Under the pieces are notes generated by a model. It did no database searches. It worked only from the letters and a program-made list of their open reading frames with translations, and was not told where the DNA came from. Below, in pieces: positions 59,753 to 64,000 of a stretch of 64,000 nt of DNA. Made by a program: the position numbers and the translations under genes. Position 1 is the first letter of the stretch. Each line of letters opens with the position of its first letter. The DNA is from an uncultured Paraprevotella sp. (GTDB taxonomy: Bacteria > Bacteroidota > Bacteroidia > Bacteroidales > Bacteroidaceae): contig CAJUGV010000001.1 of the NCBI GenBank assembly GCA_910586505.1, positions 156,313 to 220,312 on the forward strand, written 5' to 3'.

Positions 59753-60775
59753 ATGAAAAGTTTTTTCAGATTACAATGGACTGTCATGTTCTGTTTTCTC
59801 CTTTCCGTATACACTGCCTGTGGACATAAAAAAGGACATAGCAACGGTACGAACGACACCATTCCCATGGCCGCAGCTCCGGATTTCAATGCAGACAGCG
59901 CCTTTTCCTACACCGCTGCACAATGTGCTTTCGGGCCGCGCGTACCTAATACGGAAGCCCACCGCCTCTGCGGGACATATATAGCCGATAAATTCGAGAG
60001 CTTCGGTGCTACCATCATCAATCAGTACACCGACATCGCCGCATTTGACGGCACCATATTGAAAGCACGCAACATCATAGCCTCATACAACCCCGAAGCC
60101 AGCATGCGCATTCTGATTTGCGGGCATTGGGACAGTCGTCCGTGGGCCGACAATGACCCCGACCCGTCCAACTGGCATACCCCCGTACTGGCTGCCAATG
60201 ATGCAGCGAGCGATGTAGCCGTCATGCTCGAAATGGCACGGCTCATCCAATTGCAACCTCTTCAAATCGGAATAGACTTTATCTGTTTCGATGCCGAAGA
60301 CTACGGCATACCGCAATGGGCGGACAACACGGACAACTCTTCCTCATGGTGTCTCGGCTCACAATACTGGGCGGCCCACCCACATGTATACGGCTACCGG
60401 GCAAACTTCGGCATCCTGATGGACATGGTAGGAGGACGAGGCAGTACATTCTCCAAAGAAGGATTTTCCAAAAGATACGCATCACAAATAGTCGACCTGG
60501 TATGGAACACAGCCAGCAGTATCAGTTACGGACAGTTCTTCCCCATGCGCGACGGAGGATATATTACAGACGACCATCTGCCTATCAATGAAATTGCCGG
60601 TATCCCCTGCATAGATATCGTACCTTATTTCACGGATGCTCCGTCAGGTTTCGGACCGACATGGCATACGGTGAACGACAATATGGAACACATCGACCGC
60701 AATGTACTGAAAGCTGTGGGGCAAACTGTTTTACAAGTCATTTACAATGAAAACCAATCATATGGAAACGATTAA
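59753..60775 (+). CDS. M28-family lipoprotein, probable glutaminyl cyclase
   Basis: Lipobox YTAC; GHWDSRP, AND, FDAEDYG, DDH and WHT..D motifs; start trimmed to ATG 59753. Confidence 0.8.
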   Translation: MKSFFRLQWTVMFCFLLSVYTACGHKKGHSNGTNDTIPMAAAPDFNADSAFSYTAAQCAFGPRVPNTEAHRLCGTYIADKFESFGATIINQYTDIAAFDGTILKARNIIASYNPEASMRILICGHWDSRPWADNDPDPSNWHTPVLAANDAASDVAVMLEMARLIQLQPLQIGIDFICFDAEDYGIPQWADNTDNSSSWCLGSQYWAAHPHVYGYRANFGILMDMVGGRGSTFSKEGFSKRYASQIVDLVWNTASSISYGQFFPMRDGGYITDDHLPINEIAGIPCIDIVPYFTDAPSGFGPTWHTVNDNMEHIDRNVLKAVGQTVLQVIYNENQSYGND

Positions 60776-61193
60776 CGAAATACAAGACGAGATCATCGAA
60801 GAGTTCAGCGGACTGGACGATTGGATGGACAAATACCAACTGCTCATCGACCTGGGAAGCGAACAGGAAGCGCTCTCTGAAGAATATAAAACCGAACAAA
60901 ACCTGATCGACGGCTGTCAAAGCAGAGTGTGGCTGCAAGCCGACTACCGCGAAGGAAAAGTTTTCTTCAGCGCAGAAAGCGACGCACTCATTGTAAAGGG
61001 ACTCGTATGCCTGCTCGTGCGGACATTGAGCGGACATACTCCACAGGAGATCCTTGATGCCGACCTTTACTTTATCGACAGTATAGGATTAAAAGAACAT
61101 TTGTCTCCCACACGGAGCAACGGACTGCTGGCTATGCTCAGACAGATGAAAATGTATGCTTTGGCATTCTCGACAAAGGAAAATCACGGATAG
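60762..61193 (+). CDS. sufE: SufE family sulfur acceptor
   Basis: KYQLLIDLG, GCQSRVW, SDALIVKGL and LSPTRSNGL motifs. Confidence 0.93.
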   Translation: METINEIQDEIIEEFSGLDDWMDKYQLLIDLGSEQEALSEEYKTEQNLIDGCQSRVWLQADYREGKVFFSAESDALIVKGLVCLLVRTLSGHTPQEILDADLYFIDSIGLKEHLSPTRSNGLLAMLRQMKMYALAFSTKENHG

Positions 61194-61248
61194 CATCTTA
61201 TGACAGACCACGGAAGCTCCTGTATCGATAAAAATGGAATGTGCAAAC

Positions 61249-62937
61249 TTACACATCCTTTGTTTCCATACGGGCTTCCGTTATATTGATAATGCTGTCG
61301 GACAGTTGTTCACACCCATTGATGACGTCCATATACATGGCTCCGGTCTGATAGCTGTACACCCCATGGTTTATATCCGTGAAATTAAGATTGCACAACT
61401 GATTGCGAAATTTATTAATCTCATTCTCAATATAATACGATTTAGAAGCTTCGCGAGGGACTTTCCGTGCAAAAAGCAGAACTTTCATTTGTTCCAAAGC
61501 CTGTTCCGTAAGCTGGAACATTTGATGGATATGTTCCAATTGCTTTTCCGTCAACGGCTGGGGGTTACGGAAATTGCGGCGGGCAGCAAGGGCGATATGA
61601 TGACAGCAATCACCGATACTTTCCAATTCGGCCAGTTCGCGCAACATGCCGCAAACTATCGGACGTAACCGTTCGGGCACGTTTTCCTCTGCCGTAATTT
61701 TATTCACATAATTGGCTATATCCACTTCCATTTTATCACAAATGTCTTCATAATGCTCCACCAGCGTATAGATATTCTTAAACTCCGTTTCATTGTCGGC
61801 CGAAAATAAGTAACGGGTATGGGTGAACATTTTGATGACCGTATCGGCATAGTTGACAACCTCCTTACGGGCCACCATGACCGACTCCTCCGGACTGTCG
61901 AGCAATCCTTTGGTAATAAAACGCAGCTCGCTTTCCTCATCGTCACTGTTTCGGGATTTGCTTACCCAACGGGTAGATAAACGCTCAAGCGGCCTGACAA
62001 ATCCCATGAAGAGTGCCACATTACAAAAATTGAACCCTGTATGGAATGCCGCCAGCACATAGGCTAAATTGTTATCGGTAGTAACCTGTTTCACAGTTGG
62101 ATTAAAATGTATAAAATCACACAGCACATTGACCACATAAGGGAAAGCCAAAAACATCCAGACCACTCCACTCAGGTTAAACACCAATTGCCCTACAGCC
62201 GTGCGTCGTGCCTGCGTTCCGGCCGAAGAAGCCGCACGACACGTCACAATAGCCCGTCCGAGATTCTCTCCAAGAACAAAAGCCACGCCGGAATAGATGG
62301 ACCAGATGCCGGTAGAACACAGTATCATAGAAGTTGCCATGAGAGCGGCAGAAGACTGCACTGCAAAGGTGACGGCCGCACCAATAAGCAACAACATGGC
62401 ATATGAACCGTAATGCTCTTCGTTAACGGACAGATAACGGGTAATGCTTTCCTGATCCGCCAGTTCCATTCCATCCGACATATGACATAACAGACCCAAA
62501 CTCAGCAAAATAAAACACAGACCGAAGACAGACTCACCCAATGCCGACCTTTTACGAAAGTAAACAAGAATGAAGGCTACCAGCATAAAAGGATAGATAT
62601 AATTACTGATTTCAAAATTGAATTCAGCCGCCATAATCCAAGCAATCAGCGTATTACCCACAGAAGCCCCCATGAGAATCGGCAACGCCTGTAATAAGGT
62701 AAGCATTCCGGCATGTACGAAACTTATTGTCATCAACGAAGCTGTAGTAGACGATTGTATCATTGCAGTGACAAGCGCTCCGGTAAGTAGAGACGTGAAA
62801 CGGTTGGTAGTCAGCGAATCCAATATTAGTCTGAGCCGGTCTCCCGCCAATTGCTGTAAACTCTCTCCCATCAACTTCGTACCGTACATCAGCAAGCCAA
62901 GACAACCTAAAAGTTTTAAAAATGCTAAAACAACCAT
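61249..62937 (-). CDS. Na/Pi cotransporter family protein with PhoU-like C-terminal domains
   Basis: Two QSS repeats, LGENLG, AFHTGFN and LESIGD. Confidence 0.85.
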   Translation of the reverse strand: MVVLAFLKLLGCLGLLMYGTKLMGESLQQLAGDRLRLILDSLTTNRFTSLLTGALVTAMIQSSTTASLMTISFVHAGMLTLLQALPILMGASVGNTLIAWIMAAEFNFEISNYIYPFMLVAFILVYFRKRSALGESVFGLCFILLSLGLLCHMSDGMELADQESITRYLSVNEEHYGSYAMLLLIGAAVTFAVQSSAALMATSMILCSTGIWSIYSGVAFVLGENLGRAIVTCRAASSAGTQARRTAVGQLVFNLSGVVWMFLAFPYVVNVLCDFIHFNPTVKQVTTDNNLAYVLAAFHTGFNFCNVALFMGFVRPLERLSTRWVSKSRNSDDEESELRFITKGLLDSPEESVMVARKEVVNYADTVIKMFTHTRYLFSADNETEFKNIYTLVEHYEDICDKMEVDIANYVNKITAEENVPERLRPIVCGMLRELAELESIGDCCHHIALAARRNFRNPQPLTEKQLEHIHQMFQLTEQALEQMKVLLFARKVPREASKSYYIENEINKFRNQLCNLNFTDINHGVYSYQTGAMYMDVINGCEQLSDSIINITEARMETKDV

Positions 62938-63025
62938 AGCCCGTTAAAAATTAAGTGAACAACCGTCTGATTTCTCCGCTTCTTTTCCTATTTTTAGGAC
63001 GTCAACCCCAATCTAAGAAAGGATT

Positions 63026-64000
63026 ATGTCACAAGAAATCAGAATACGGTGCAAAAATAATAAAAAAAGCATTCAACTCCCTATCGGAAGCACACTTTGG
63101 GACGCTTATCACGCGTTAAATCTGCAAATGCCCTACGGACCGGTCAGTGCGAAGGTCAACAACAAAGTAGAAGGGCTGCACTATCGGTTTTACAATAACA
63201 AAGACGTGGAGTTTCTTGACATCACATCATCTTCCGGCATGCGTACTTATACACGTTCGCTCCTCTTCGTACTGGTAAAGGCGGTGAACGACCTGTTTCC
63301 GGGGTGCAAACTTCGCATAGAAGCCCCCATTGCAAAAGGATATTATTGCTCCCTGCGTATCGGGCGACCTGTGGAGGAAAACGACGTAACGGCTATCTGG
63401 CGGCGAATGCGTGAGATAGTGGATGCAGACATGCCGTTCCACCGCATACAATGCCCGACCGAAGAGGCCATAGAAATGTTCCGCCGGCAAGGAATGCTCA
63501 GCAAAGTCAGTCTGCTGGAAAGCCACGGCGCGCTCTACACACACTACTATCTGCTGGACAAGACCGTAGACTACTTTTACGGATCGCTTCTTACCTCCAC
63601 AGGCAGTCTCCGCGTGTTCGATGTGATGAAGTACTATGACGGACTGCTTCTCCGTATACCCTCGCGAAAGAATCCCGAACAACTGGAAGAAATGGTACAT
63701 CAGGAAAAGATGTTTGAAATATTCCGCGAACACCACCGCTGGCAGGAAATCATTGGATTAAGTACTGTAGGCGACTTCAACAAAGTTTGTCTGAAAGGCC
63801 ATACCACAGAACTTATCAACGTAGCCGAAGCACTGCAGGAGAAAAAGATAGTACGTATCGCAGACGAAATCCTATTACACCGTAATCTGAAACTTATCCT
63901 CATTGCCGGTCCGTCGTCAAGCGGAAAGACAACTTTCAGCAAACGGCTCTCCATACAACTGATGGCCAACGGCATGAAACCTTATCCCATCTCGCTGGAT
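63026..64000 (+). CDS. Nucleoside (uridine) kinase with ThrRS-like N-terminal domain, truncated by the window end
   Basis: Open frame MSQEIRIRCKNNK...AKVNNKVEGL...GMRTYTRSL...LILIAGPSSSGKTTFSKRL (Walker A); not in the ORF track because it has no stop in the window. Confidence 0.88.
   Translation, partial: MSQEIRIRCKNNKKSIQLPIGSTLWDAYHALNLQMPYGPVSAKVNNKVEGLHYRFYNNKDVEFLDITSSSGMRTYTRSLLFVLVKAVNDLFPGCKLRIEAPIAKGYYCSLRIGRPVEENDVTAIWRRMREIVDADMPFHRIQCPTEEAIEMFRRQGMLSKVSLLESHGALYTHYYLLDKTVDYFYGSLLTSTGSLRVFDVMKYYDGLLLRIPSRKNPEQLEEMVHQEKMFEIFREHHRWQEIIGLSTVGDFNKVCLKGHTTELINVAEALQEKKIVRIADEILLHRNLKLILIAGPSSSGKTTFSKRLSIQLMANGMKPYPISLD

Overview
Bacteroidales chromosomal window. TAnnTTTG promoters and a T9SS-type C-terminal domain suggest a Prevotellaceae-like organism (inference). 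Most of it is housekeeping: cobalamin-riboswitch-controlled nrdDG, dsbD, pckA, upp, korAB-type oxidoreductase, tRNA-Arg(CCT), secDF, HU, argS, RNase H, pdxB, acpP-fabF-rnc, three FKBP PPIases, a glutaminyl-cyclase-like M28 enzyme, sufE, a Na/Pi transporter and a truncated nucleoside kinase. A ~20 kb surface-glycan (probably LOS/LPS) locus lies at 25.4-46 kb. The most striking signal is in that locus: one ~130-bp promoter cassette occurs three times in front of glycosyltransferase units. One copy (31.75-31.93 kb) sits between perfect 17-bp inverted, internally palindromic sites and is flipped relative to its homologous flank when compared with the copy at 27.6-27.8 kb. This suggests a promoter-inversion switch between a GT2 gene and a three-domain RgpF-like/HAD/phosphoribosyltransferase-like protein (candidate ribofuranosyltransferase). 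Other observations: GT2 relics (one converted into a perfect 40-bp palindrome), a GH27 with the arabinopyranosidase 'DI' signature, and a rubredoxin missed by the ORF track. No CRISPR array, transposase or recombinase gene was seen. All family calls come from motif recognition by eye, not from database searches.
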